From Diplonema japonicum (lineage: Eukaryota > Protista > Euglenozoa: Diplonemea): a stretch of DNA of 64,000 nt. Position numbers and translations under genes: made by a program. The DNA is taken from assembly GCA_964019335.1 (NCBI GenBank), contig OZ025760.1, positions 1 to 64,000 on the forward strand, written 5' to 3'. This document shows, one piece after another, positions 42,112-52,994 of the stretch. How positions within the stretch are numbered: position 1 is the first letter of the stretch; every line of letters starts with the position of its first letter. The notes under the pieces are model-generated. The model ran no database searches, was not told the DNA's origin, and was given only the letters and a program-made list of their open reading frames with translations.

Positions 42112-42184
42112 TGGTCGTGACAGGGCTCGAACCTGGGACCGTTGGCTTATTGGACCAATGCTCTACCGACTGAGCTACACGACC
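42112..42184 (-). tRNA. tRNA-Ile(AAT)
   Basis: GGTCGTG TAGCTCAGTCGGTAGAGC A TTGGT CC-AAT-AA GCCAA CGGTC CCAGGTTCGAGCCCTG TCACGACC A, with A and B boxes and a T7 terminator. Confidence 0.93.
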
Positions 42185-42627
42185 TGTCAAACTCGGTTTT
42201 TTTTTTTTTTTTCAAAATACCAATGCAGGGCCGCCATGGAGAGCAACACCTGAGAAAAGGGAAAAAAAAGGTGAAGGGAAACCATGGGGAAATAGGGAGG
42301 GCAATGGACCAGGCTTCTGCAAGCAGGAGGAGCCCTGGTCCCCCACCAACCCGTGCTCTGCTTTGGGACAGCCGAAGAGGGCTGAATTACATTTTTCCCT
42401 CAGTCAAGTGAGAGAAAAACGGGGGCCTACCTTCCAGCTGGATGTCCTTCTTTGGCTGGAACCTCCGGCGGAAAGCCCCCCAGGGAGGTATTGCTCCTAT
42501 TGAGCGAATCATTGGTGAGTGTGAAAATAAAAAAAAGGGGAAATGGGAAACAGTGAGAGGAAGGTGAAGGAAGGGAAAGGAAAGTGGAAAACACAACATT
42601 TCACTTTACACACACGCGGGCGATCCC

Positions 42628-45600
42628 TTAGCGCAGCACGGGGGCCGCGGGACCGGCGTCAAGAGAGACCGGAGGAGGGGGCGGCACGTTTGAAGGTGCA
42701 GTGACGTCTGTAGACGCCAGGGATGATGGCGAGGTGAACAGTCCGGAGCGTGACCAGGCGAGCAGGCCAGACTCAACAACGAGGTCGTAGATCTGGGTCA
42801 CGCGTCTCGACAGGGAGAACGCTAGGGAGGGAGTACCAGCAGGAGTGTCGATCGCCCCCCTCCCGATCACAGGGCACCCACCGACAACATGCTCCCTGGA
42901 CATCGGTGCTGCGTGGCAGGCTGGGCACCGGAGCACACCCTTGTGCTTCCTGTTCGGGCCAGCAGTCTGCAGGAAGCCGAAGAAGAGAGCCGAGTGACCA
43001 ATCCGCAGCCGCGAGATGACCGTTTCAGCTTGTCTGGGGAAGCCAAGGGGGAAGTGCGCAGACCGAAGCTCGGTCGCCACCGCGTAGTTGTGGGCGAGGG
43101 ATGTTATGAGCTCCGCGGACCTCCGCACCACCCACCGTCGCACCAGGGCCCTCACTGATCGGTAGTCAAGGGAGGGCCTGTCCTGCTTCCGCTTCGTTCC
43201 CTCCCCGGCCAGAGCGTCAGCCTTCTCGTTCCCGTCCACCCCACAGTGGGAGGGCACAAACTGGAGGACCACCGGTGTCCCCTGCGTGCGCGCCGCGGAC
43301 ACCAGCCGGCTCCACGTCTGGTGGTCGAGCTTCTCCCTCTGTCGCGTTGGGCCAGCTCGCAGCTGCTCGACGAGGGAGAGGGAGTCGGTGCAGATCGACA
43401 GCGGGGACTTCGCCAGCGAAGGGTGTGTTTTTCGGAGGGTAGCCACCATATCCAGCGCCGTTTTCACAGCCATGCCCTCTGCCCGAAAAGATGAACAGAA
43501 GTCGTTGACGCCATGGCACACAGACACAGGGGTCAGGGGGGGAGGCAGCTGCAGATAAACCCCAGAGCCACCTTTCGCCTTCTGTCCGACCTGTACAACC
43601 GAGCCATCCGTGTAGGCATGGATGCCCGGGGGGAGAGCCGCAAGAGCAGCCTCGGCCGCCTTCCGCCTGTCCGCGTCTGGCGACGATCGCGTGACCCCGC
43701 CGGGGAGGTCAGTCCTGAAGTCGACCATGCCTGTCTGCCACGGGGCCGCCAGGGGCGTAGCCGACAGGTACTCGAAGTGCACCTTTGGTTCCAACCCGCA
43801 TCGACGCAGTGCTTGGTAGCCAGAGCGCAGCCACCCACACCCCAGCCTGTTCGCCTGCTTCAGCTTGACCGTCTCCCTGTGAACCGGGGAAGACTGCCAG
43901 CAGAAGGCCTTCGCCGTCATCGTCGCCGCAGCACCCTCCGCCATTCTTTCGAGGGGAAGCAGTCCTGCCTCTGCTAGGAGCTTGTACCCTCCGGAGCCAC
44001 TCCAGCAGCCCGTGATCAGCACCGCCGCCTCCTGGTGAAGCCCAGCCAGGTCCTTCCTCCCGACATCATCGAGCCTGCTGTAGTAGACCCCCATGCAGTA
44101 GCGCAGCAGCGGGAGGATGTACGTAACGTAGAGAGACCGCAGAGTGTCCCTCTTGCTGCCCCAGGACGTGCCAGACAAGAGCTTCAGCACCCTCAGCCTT
44201 TTGCTGGCCCGCCGTAGGATGTCCTGTGCGTGTTCACCGAACGTGAGCCCAGAGTCCACCGTAACCCCAAGGTACCTCGCGTGTTCAGACAGAGGCAGGG
44301 GACGGGCCGCAACGTAATCCACGTCGGGCCGTCGCACGGCTGCATGCATGTCCCGCACGCAGCGGATCCGCACACCACCCGCCTCCACAACCTGAAGGCC
44401 CGCCAGCTCCTGGTCCCCGGAGATCGTGCCATCGGCGTTCACCCCCAGGCCGAAGAGTGGGTTCTGGAAGGCACCTGGCTGAAGGGGGACTCGTGACGAA
44501 GTGAAGTAGACCCCGAGACGTTTCTGGGGGGGGACGCAGACTGCCTGCGTCTTGGACGTGCTCAGCAGCATGTCACGCTCCCTGCACCAGTCCTCAACCG
44601 CATCCACCACTGCCTGCGCCTTCCGCTCCAGCCCAGCCACGTCCCCTTGTCCAGAGGAGATCACAACCGCCACGTCGTCGGCGTAGAGCACCGAGACGTC
44701 CGCCAGTCCCTCCAGTCTCCTGGCGAGTTCGTCGACGTAGATGGTGTACAGGATGGGACCCAAGACAGAGCCCTGGGGGACACCCCGTCGCACCTTCGTC
44801 GTCGACCCCCTCGACCGTCCAATCGTGACCGCAGCAGTACGGCCGCATAGAAAGGACCGCGTCCACTCCACGAAGGGTTCGGGGAGACCCTTCCCTCGCA
44901 TCTTGTCCAGCAGGGCACCATGGGGCACCAGGTCGAAAGCAGAAGAGAAGTCGAACAGCAGAGCGGCCGAGAGACGTCGATCGTCTTTGTTCCTCGACAT
45001 GCACTCAGTGAGGGTTGCCACCTGCTCCTCCGTGGAGCGGCCGCGTCTGAAACCAGCCTGGCTGTCGTGGAGTCCCTCGACTCCCGTCCCGTCCGCGTCA
45101 AGAAGAAACGTGAGCCTCTCCTCGATCATCCTCTCCAGCAGCTTGCAGAGGCAGCTGGTCAGGCAGATCGGCCGGTAGGAAGCCAAGAGAGTCGCATCTT
45201 TTCCAGGTTTCGGTACCGGGACGATCACTCCCTTCTTCCAGGCACCGGGGACGACACCCATCAGCCAGGAGCGATTGAGGAGTAGAAGGAGGACACCGAG
45301 GGAGTCCGAGTTCAGGTGTAGGAGCATCTCCGAGAAGATTCCGTCTTCCCCGGCCGCGCTGCGCGTCTTCATCCTTCTCAGGCCGCGGGTGAGGTCGTCC
45401 ACGGTGAACGCTTGACACCCGAGTCTGCTTGCAGAAGGAGCGGCGTCCTTCGAGTTCCCGTCACCACGCCTGCCGTAGAGCTTAGCGAAGTGCGCCCCCA
45501 GCCGGTCGGCCTTCGCCTTGTCCGACACAAATCTTCCCTCGAGTACAGGAAGGTGTGTCTTTCGGTGCCTGCCGTCCAGCTTCTTCACCGCTCTGAACGC

Positions 45601-46776
45601 AGCCCCGAGGTCCTTGCTCCGGCTGAGGTCGGCCGCCATCCTTCCCCATGCCTCACGCTTCGTCTCGTCAAGGAGTCGGTTGACTTCCTTCACCTTCGCC
45701 CTGTACTCCTCCACCACGTCCGCCTCTTGAAGCAGGAGTTCGCGCAGGGTGTTCCGCTCTTCGAAGGCGTCCTCGAGCTCAGCAGTCCACCAGGGGGTCG
45801 GGCCACGTCGCATCCCACAGAGGGGAATGTGGTCGTTCGCCGCAGTCAAAAGGGCTTGTGTAAACCCCTTCGTGACAGAGTCAATCGGAGCCGCCGTGTC
45901 AACACCAGCAAGCAGGCGGGCAACAGCAGCAGTGTAGTCATCCCATCTGGCTTTTTTGAAATTCCAGGTGGGGAAGGGGCGCTCCGAACGGTAGACGTCC
46001 TCAAGAGGCAGGTGAAAGGATACGGGACTATGATCGGAGCCCCACGTGCCCAGCGTCTTCGGCTCAAGCTTCGCGCAGCGCCCCACAACCAGGTCCAGAA
46101 CGTGTCGTGACGAGTCCCTCGTCGGTTCGTTGCGGTCGTTGTAGACGGTGTACCCGTGGGTGTCCAGCCAGTCCCTGACCACGTTCCCCCTCTCGTTCGG
46201 CGTCGTCACCGTGGCGTCCCAGGAGCTGTGGTGAGCATTGAAGTCACCCGCTATGACTGTGTTCTTCCCCATGGGAAGGCTGCCAGGCCGCAGGTACTCA
46301 GGGTCCCTCGTGCCTCTGCCCGCGCTTACCGGTGTAAGGTAAACGTTGGAGAGAGTGATCGGCTCACGCTTCTCGCAGGAGATCCTCACATCCAGTCTCT
46401 CAGTGACACAGTCCCCAGCCGGGAGTACGTGCGGAACCTCCTCCGAGGCAAGATCGTCGCGGACATACGTGACAATACCACCACCCCTCGTCGCAGTGCC
46501 GTCAGTCACCGGTGTCAACCGATCCCTCCTGTATGACCTGTACCCAGGCAGGTGTGGCGTGTCGTGCCCTTCCCTCAGGTGCGTCTCCTGTATCATGATG
46601 ATGTCCAGCGACAAGAAGTCAGCATGGCGAGATACGACGGTCCATTTCGCAACGAGGCCGTTGCAGTTCCACGAGACAACCTTGAGACCCTTAGGCGACG
46701 GGGGCGGCAGCTTCTTGGGTGGGCCAGGGTTTGTTTCGACCAGCCCAAGCAGCCCCAGCAGGTCCCTGACGGACAT
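42628..46776 (-). CDS. LINE ORF2: 2A-like peptide, APE endonuclease, reverse transcriptase, RNase H, CCHC finger
   Basis: VETNPGP; SWNCNG, IQETHL, GDFNAH, SDHSPV; YRPICL, QAGFR, GVPQGSVLGP, YADD, YLGV; YTDGS..RAE..TDS..PSHCGVDGNEKAD; RLRIGH..CPAC...H....C. Confidence 0.96.
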   Translation of the reverse strand: MSVRDLLGLLGLVETNPGPPKKLPPPSPKGLKVVSWNCNGLVAKWTVVSRHADFLSLDIIMIQETHLREGHDTPHLPGYRSYRRDRLTPVTDGTATRGGGIVTYVRDDLASEEVPHVLPAGDCVTERLDVRISCEKREPITLSNVYLTPVSAGRGTRDPEYLRPGSLPMGKNTVIAGDFNAHHSSWDATVTTPNERGNVVRDWLDTHGYTVYNDRNEPTRDSSRHVLDLVVGRCAKLEPKTLGTWGSDHSPVSFHLPLEDVYRSERPFPTWNFKKARWDDYTAAVARLLAGVDTAAPIDSVTKGFTQALLTAANDHIPLCGMRRGPTPWWTAELEDAFEERNTLRELLLQEADVVEEYRAKVKEVNRLLDETKREAWGRMAADLSRSKDLGAAFRAVKKLDGRHRKTHLPVLEGRFVSDKAKADRLGAHFAKLYGRRGDGNSKDAAPSASRLGCQAFTVDDLTRGLRRMKTRSAAGEDGIFSEMLLHLNSDSLGVLLLLLNRSWLMGVVPGAWKKGVIVPVPKPGKDATLLASYRPICLTSCLCKLLERMIEERLTFLLDADGTGVEGLHDSQAGFRRGRSTEEQVATLTECMSRNKDDRRLSAALLFDFSSAFDLVPHGALLDKMRGKGLPEPFVEWTRSFLCGRTAAVTIGRSRGSTTKVRRGVPQGSVLGPILYTIYVDELARRLEGLADVSVLYADDVAVVISSGQGDVAGLERKAQAVVDAVEDWCRERDMLLSTSKTQAVCVPPQKRLGVYFTSSRVPLQPGAFQNPLFGLGVNADGTISGDQELAGLQVVEAGGVRIRCVRDMHAAVRRPDVDYVAARPLPLSEHARYLGVTVDSGLTFGEHAQDILRRASKRLRVLKLLSGTSWGSKRDTLRSLYVTYILPLLRYCMGVYYSRLDDVGRKDLAGLHQEAAVLITGCWSGSGGYKLLAEAGLLPLERMAEGAAATMTAKAFCWQSSPVHRETVKLKQANRLGCGWLRSGYQALRRCGLEPKVHFEYLSATPLAAPWQTGMVDFRTDLPGGVTRSSPDADRRKAAEAALAALPPGIHAYTDGSVVQVGQKAKGGSGVYLQLPPPLTPVSVCHGVNDFCSSFRAEGMAVKTALDMVATLRKTHPSLAKSPLSICTDSLSLVEQLRAGPTRQREKLDHQTWSRLVSAARTQGTPVVLQFVPSHCGVDGNEKADALAGEGTKRKQDRPSLDYRSVRALVRRWVVRRSAELITSLAHNYAVATELRSAHFPLGFPRQAETVISRLRIGHSALFFGFLQTAGPNRKHKGVLRCPACHAAPMSREHVVGGCPVIGRGAIDTPAGTPSLAFSLSRRVTQIYDLVVESGLLAWSRSGLFTSPSSLASTDVTAPSNVPPPPPVSLDAGPAAPVLR

Positions 46777-46861
46777 CCTCCCGAGTAGGGTGGGGATCAG
46801 TGCAGAAAAGTCGGTGAAGAAACAGAGAGGTAGGAGTCTCCTGGGGAGGATGCGAGGGAGA

Positions 46862-48793
46862 CTAGGAGAGGGAGCATGGTCGTAGATCTGCTGCTCCCCC
46901 TGTTCTGCGGGGCCCCTTCAATTGGATGGACCCATGGAGGCAGAGCGCCCCTTGACCCCATTGGTGAAGAGATCTTTGGTCTCCGAACGACCTGGCCCGC
47001 CCCCTCGTACCCAGGTTCGTCACCGCAGCCTCAGAGGTCGTAGCGAGAGGAGGAGCCCCCTTCTTTCCCTTCCCCTTCCCTTTCCAGACACTGTCGTGTG
47101 TCGTCGTCGCCCCCGGTGTAGGGTCCCGCGGCACTGCCGTTCCCGTCGTCAGCGTGGCCGCCTGCGGCAGGAGGAGGCGGAGCGTCGTCCGCAGATCGGA
47201 GATCATCTCCTGCTGAGAGTCGATCGTCCTCTGCAGCCCGACGATCGACTCCTTCAGCGTGGCGACGAGCTCAGTGAGAGCGGCGACCTCAGGCGACCCG
47301 GAAGGGACTCCCTCCTTGTTTCCCGCAGACACGTTGCGGGGCGGTGTAGGGGACGTCACAGTGTCGAGCTGGGGGGGAGCCACCGAGCTCGGTATGGACG
47401 CCCACGGGCTGGTGGGAGGAAGCCCAGTTGCTTTCACCGCAGGGCCAGTCTCCGAGGGTGTCGACGCCGATACAGGTGCCGGGTCAGGTACAGGTGTAGT
47501 AGGCGCAGGTGCAGGTACATGAGAAGATGTGGGTGCCGGGGTCGAGGACGTTGCAAGCGCAGGTGCAGATGCAGGTGTCGTCCTGTTGATGAGAGGGGGC
47601 GGCTTGACGGTCGGGTGGTCGTCCGCATCACGGAGACAGACAAGGCGCCCCCCAAGGAGCCACGTCCTGGACTTCGGGGGCGGGCTGTCGACGACGATGA
47701 AGAACACGAGTTGCCTCGTGCCCTGGAACATCGTCTGCGTGCGTCGCAGGACGGAGGATGGTTTCCAACCGATGTGGTCCATCACTTCGTCGAAGGCCGC
47801 CCTGGTGATGGACGGCGGGGCCCCGGTGAGCAAAAACTTGCGCTTCGTACGCAGTTTTGCGAGGGTTTCCCGGAGCCGCTGTTCCGTCTCCGGTAGGCAC
47901 CGCACAGTCCATCCCTTACGGTGCGCCACCCCGAGAGACAACCCACCCAGCGTCCCCGCAATCCGAAAGGCATCCGCCCTCCCTTCCGCCACGATGGGTA
48001 CATAAGCGTACCCCCCGCGTCTCTCCGTCGTCCGGATCATGCACCCGTCCCCGGACCGGCGCAGGACGGCGTGGACGTGAGCTGCTTGCAGGCGCAGTCC
48101 CACCTCGTGGGTCCAGTGCCTCGCCCGCGGTTCCTCCTCACCGAACTTCCTTGGGCGGAAGACCGCACGATCCTCCATCACCGCGCCCTGAGCCTTGGCG
48201 AGCTCCAGGACCCTGGCCTTCGCCTCCTTCAGGCTGTCTGCACTGACACAGACGTAGACGACCTCCGATCCGCTGTTGAAGGTGGAAGGCGGGGTGTAGG
48301 TGGGGGGGTCCAGCCCGAACGTGGAGACGTGGACCCTCCTGTTCACTGCGCGCGACCCAGAGACCATGACAATCTCGCTGGGGGTGGTGACACCGGGGAC
48401 CTCTGTCATAAGGACAAAGGTGATGGATGCCGTAGGTAACGCGGAGCACACGACCCCCATTCCGGAGGGATCGTCGAGCGCAATGACAGCGCGGGATGTT
48501 TCCGTCGGGGGGGACACGTTGGTGTAGATCGGGGCGTCCCATGTGTCTGGCACCAGGTCCCATCGCGGGGTTGTGGAAGGGGCAGGGGCAGGGTCGTCCT
48601 CCATCTCCTCAGGGCCAGAGCTGGTGTCAGAGTCTGAGCTGAGGAGGAGCGTGCCTTGGTCTGTTGACGCGTTGGCGGAAGCGTTCGCGACTGCTTCGTC
48701 CTCGACCTTCTGGGCATCTGCCTTCTTGGCGGCCGCCAACCTCAAAGCTTCCTCCTTTTTGGCAGCGGCAAACTCGGCAGCGGGGTTTCTCAT
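46862..48793 (-). CDS. LINE ORF1 (gag-like) with a Pro/Thr linker and coiled coil
   Basis: Long ORF directly upstream of ORF2; shares motif blocks with the ORF at 1627-3847. Confidence 0.8.
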   Translation of the reverse strand: MRNPAAEFAAAKKEEALRLAAAKKADAQKVEDEAVANASANASTDQGTLLLSSDSDTSSGPEEMEDDPAPAPSTTPRWDLVPDTWDAPIYTNVSPPTETSRAVIALDDPSGMGVVCSALPTASITFVLMTEVPGVTTPSEIVMVSGSRAVNRRVHVSTFGLDPPTYTPPSTFNSGSEVVYVCVSADSLKEAKARVLELAKAQGAVMEDRAVFRPRKFGEEEPRARHWTHEVGLRLQAAHVHAVLRRSGDGCMIRTTERRGGYAYVPIVAEGRADAFRIAGTLGGLSLGVAHRKGWTVRCLPETEQRLRETLAKLRTKRKFLLTGAPPSITRAAFDEVMDHIGWKPSSVLRRTQTMFQGTRQLVFFIVVDSPPPKSRTWLLGGRLVCLRDADDHPTVKPPPLINRTTPASAPALATSSTPAPTSSHVPAPAPTTPVPDPAPVSASTPSETGPAVKATGLPPTSPWASIPSSVAPPQLDTVTSPTPPRNVSAGNKEGVPSGSPEVAALTELVATLKESIVGLQRTIDSQQEMISDLRTTLRLLLPQAATLTTGTAVPRDPTPGATTTHDSVWKGKGKGKKGAPPLATTSEAAVTNLGTRGRARSFGDQRSLHQWGQGALCLHGSIQLKGPRRTGGAADLRPCSLS

Positions 48794-48999
48794 CCCCCAT
48801 ACTGGAGTGCACACATGAAGAAGCAAGAATAAAAGAAAAAAAGAAAGGAGAATGGGAAAGGGGAAAGGGAAAGGGGAAACAGGAAAAGGAGTAAAATAGG
48901 AGTTTAGGTAGGCTCCCTTTCTTTCTCTTCTTATGCTTTCGTTTTTTTTTTCTCCAACCCGAAGATGATGAGAAAGAAAAAGAAAAAGAAAGTGGGGCT

Positions 49000-49230
49000 T
49001 TGATTGCAACACTAAGTGGCGTTAAGTGTGCAACGAAGCATGGACTGTCTACTTGATTACAGGGGGCGCACCTCGGCCGAGTTGTAGCTTCTTCTGCGTT
49101 CCACGTCGTGTCCTAAAACTCAACCCTATCCAGGGCGAGTAACCAAGATTTGCTGCCTGTTCGGCACCTTAGCATCTGCAATACGTCCTTCCACTCGAGC
49201 GCTACCGGTGATGACCGACGAGGAGGTCAC
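49000..49230 (-). pseudogene. Decayed 3' end of an older LINE ORF2
   Basis: The frame reads VLQMLRCRTGSKSWL...*...RCAPCNQVDSPCFVAH, resembling the RLR.GH + CCHC C-terminus of LINE ORF2. Confidence 0.45.
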
Positions 49231-49869
49231 ACATCTGATGTACTTCTTATATATCCATGTTATCCCCACCACCTCTAGAAAAGAGAAGGAAAAAGAAAAA
49301 AGAAAAAGAAAGGGGGGTAAGAGAAGGAGTTTACCTAAAATAAGCGCTCATTACGCTGCCATCAACTATCGTCTCGACAATAATATCGTTAAAACAGCAA
49401 GAGTTGCACTTTGTAAGAAAGGAAGAAAAGCAAAAAAGTTAAGGTTTTTGTTTTGTTTTGTTTTTCCCGCTTCAAAAATTTTAACTACTAAAGTTATATG
49501 GGGGAGATGTTTCACCACTATCCCAAGATAAGAAGAAAAAAAAAGCGACATTTAAGGGCAAATCCCACTTGAGGATCTCGTGAGCTCCAAAGAGGCCATC
49601 CCGACCTGCGAAAAATATACGGAAGAGAGAAAAAAAAATTCATCCATTTCCTTTTCTTTTTTCTTAAGGGCACGCTGTTCAGGCACCCTCTACCCTAACA
49701 AAAAAAAAAAAAAAAAGAGGAAAAAAAAAAAAAAAAAAAAAAAAAAAAACAGAAAAAAAATGGTCACTGTCCAAGTGGACCGGCGGCCTTGGAAAGAAAT
49801 GGGGAGAGTGGGAAGAAAAAAAAGGAAGAAAAAAAAAAAGGGGAAAAAAAAGAAAACAAAGAAATAAAA

Positions 49870-50060
49870 TCGTATGAGTTCACGTTTGGTGGCATGCCAA
49901 CCAAGGTGAAGTTAGATTTTGATTTTATAACAAGCTTGTGTTTTCCAGCATTTTTGTTTTCTTTCTTTTTTTTTTTAAAACCCGTTAAATCTTCCCCCAT
50001 TGTAGTTGCAATGTGATCAACCATTAACATGATAAAATACATATTATTCGGGATATCACG
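49870..50060 (-). pseudogene. pogo/Tigger-like DDE transposase relic
   Basis: FIMLMVDHIAT...NFTLVGMPPNVNS resembles the DDE_1 motif LLxxDxxxxH...LxxLPPNxTS. Confidence 0.35.
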
Positions 50061-50264
50061 CACGTGTGAAGTTATGAGCCCCCCCCCCCCCCCCCCCCCC
50101 CTTCCCTCCTTTTTTTTTCCTTTTAACCTTGATGCTAAAAAGTACTTCGGGGAAAAAAAGAAAAAAAAAGAGAAAAAAAAAACTCTTCACAACATAAATG
50201 CGCCTAGCGCGTGCAACGGGTTAATACTATTATCGCAACCTTACAGAACCGAACGAGGAAACAA

Positions 50265-50307
<43 letters not shown>

Positions 50308-51041
50308 GTACATAGAAAAAAGAAAAAAAAAAAAAAAACTCGATAAAATTTCAGTGTACATGGGGGGTGCTCACTGTTAAACAAAGAAAAAAAAAAAGAA
50401 AAAAGAAAAGATAAACAAACCAACTGATGAAATAGTCTTTTGTACTGTGAATAAAAAAAGGGGGGGGGGGAACAGTTCAACTTCCAGGCCCAAAGGGCAC
50501 TACTCCCTATTTCAGGCCCTCAGGTACAAGATGAACACAGGAAGAAAAAGGGGAACACGATAATATTCAAAAACTACTTAAGAAAGACGTTTTCTTTTTT
50601 TTTTATTTATTATTTTATTTTATTTTATTTTTTTTTTTTTAATTTGCAGCATCTGGGGAAAACTGTCAGATCATCGTGGATATTGGTCACTTCAGTCTCA
50701 GGCTTTACAGCAATTTAATAAAGCTATTGCTTGCCCAACAACTTGGTTCTGAAGATGGAATTGCTTTTTAAAAGAAGAAGGAACTCGAGGCCCGGAACAA
50801 GGATGAAAAAAAAAAAAAAAAAAAAGGAGCATAACTAAAAAGAGAGTTTCGCAATCTTTAAAAGGTGCCCTATTTGCACCTTTTTTTGTGTTTTTGTCTT
50901 TTGTTTTGTAACCTTTTATTTTTTTCTTTTCTTCTTTTCTCTTCCCTCCCTCCTGTCGTTTCTGAGAAACAGAAGAGGAGACAGTACTTCAACACAAATA
51001 AAAAAGAAGAGAAAAAAAAAAAAGAACGGTGAGAGTCAGAA

Positions 51042-51078
<37 letters not shown>

Positions 51079-51259
51079 ACAGCTGGAGAGGAAAAAAAAA
51101 TGTGACGAAGATCAGGGTGGTGCCCCTTTGTCTGTCATAGCATTCTTTTTCAGCAGTTTTTCACAATGTCAAGTTGTAGTGCCGGTAAGAGAGAAAAGAG
51201 GGGAGAAGAGAGGGAAAAAAAAAAAAGAAAGAAAAAGAAAAAAAAAAAAAAGGCTTTGA

Positions 51260-51293
<34 letters not shown>

Positions 51294-51354
51294 AAAGCAG
51301 CGACATATAGAATTACCTGTTCTATTTCATACTGCTTGGTTGCCATGTCAATTT

Positions 51355-51413
<59 letters not shown>

Positions 51414-51629
51414 ACATTTAAGGGTACCTGCGGTATGTGGCAGGACGCCTGAAGAGTCTCAATCTATCTCTTGATCGAACCTTTCTGCTGTGGTGTGGCC
51501 TTCGGCCCCTCGTTCACCCTCCTCGGTACCTTAGGTATAAAAAAAAAAAAGTAAGAAGTGCTCACCCACCCAAGTGCGCTGGGGTTCCCCCCTTTTTTTA
51601 AAAAGTTTTAACCGCAGAATTTAGAAGAG

Positions 51630-51665
<36 letters not shown>

Positions 51666-52079
51666 GTGGCCACCCCCCAAACGACGTAGGGGCAACAGGC
51701 TGCTTCATTTGTTGGCCTTAGTCCTACTCACTTCGTGTTTCCTTCCGGAAGCTAAAAAAAAAGGGGGGGGGGGAGAAACTCTTTTTGACTTGCCACGGCC
51801 ATTCCCCCCCCCAAAAAAAAGAAACAAGATTCATTAAAATTGAAAAGAGACACTTATAATTAGCAAAAGTATGAGAAGAAGAAGGGAAAAAAAAAAGAAA
51901 CGAAGCAGGAGGGGGGACGGGATTATTGTTTTTCCTTTTTTTTTTTTTTTTTTTCTTTCACGGGTTTACAGGAGTTTGTTACAAGGGAGCGGGTTCAGGC
52001 CTGCCCTCTCCCTAGGTTGTGGGGGGGGGGGGAGAAAAGAAAAAAGAAGAAGGGGGGGGGGGGGGGGGGGCGAGCTGTG

Positions 52080-52270
52080 GCTTCTTCTAGATCTGCAAAC
52101 ACGTTTCTTCCACTATGCACCGGTGGACCGACGAGGATGAGATTTTGCCCAGGGAGGGTTTCTCGATACCACTGTAATAACTGACGAAAAGTGTTCATGG
52201 GAAGATTAAGAGATTCTTACCCCCCTGCATCGTCGGCGATGTGGACGGCACCCACCCAGAAGCGTTTGCA
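52080..52270 (-). pseudogene. Second, highly decayed piggyBac-like transposase fragment
   Basis: KRFW...VHIADD...LPGQNLILV..PVHSGR parallels the piggyBac pattern RF..LHFxD...PGxxLSIDExMVxFxGR. Confidence 0.4.
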
Positions 52271-52420
52271 GAAAGAAAAAGAAAAAAAAAAAAAAAAGTG
52301 GTCCCAGCTTTGCCCTCCCTTTCCCAAGTGATTCAGTAAGCCTTGCGGTGGTCTTTAATTTCCATTTCTTCTTCTTAAGAAAAAAAACATAATTAAATGC
52401 GGCCTTACTGTAGAATATTT

Positions 52421-52459
<39 letters not shown>

Positions 52460-52853
52460 CTCGAGCCGGGTTTTCAAGGGTGAAAACATTATTTCACTCC
52501 TGGGCCTAATGTCACCTATTTCACCTAGGTTTAGTGCAAGATACAGCAAGATCAACGCCATCACCCCAAAGAAACTTCGGTAAAAAAAATGCAGAGCTTT
52601 GCTTTCCCAGGGTTGCACTTCTTTTGAAGAAGGCCATGAGGTGAAAAAAAGCTTCGGTGTTTAGTCAAGAACAAATGAAAGATGGCAATGAAATTCAGCG
52701 ACCCCTACAACATAGTGCGTCAGGCATATGCAGCTTGCATGTTTGCAAGCGGGATGAGGACAAAGAGTCGCACAAACTGAAATTTAGAGATTGTAACCCT
52801 GTAACCTCCCACCCTTTCAAACCCGGCTCTTGTTAAAATAAAACAACGTATTA

Positions 52854-52994
52854 GTGAAAATAAGAGCATTATTCCACTTGTGGTGGCAGGTTTAACTCGT
52901 AGCTCTTTACTTCACGGGCGAAGCGAGTGAAGTAAGATCCCTACTCGTTAAACCCCCTGCCACCACGCGTGAAATAATGCTATCTTATTTTCAC
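52854..52994. repeat. Imperfect ~140-bp palindrome centred on GCGAAGC
   Basis: Arms GTGAAAATAAGA..GCATTATT..GTGGTGGCAGG..TTACTTCAC and their reverse complement. Confidence 0.9.

Larger units (their letters stand above)
42197..48860 (-). mobile_element. Intact two-ORF non-LTR retrotransposon (I group / Ingi-like)
   Basis: Uninterrupted ORF1 and ORF2. Candidate poly(A) tail at 42197-42212 ends 12 bp upstream of the tRNA. The 5' boundary is approximate. Confidence 0.88.

Noticed and set aside
42080-42190. N-terminal extension of PIMT in the ORF track
   Set aside because: It translates through the tRNA gene; the conserved start is MAW at 42079.
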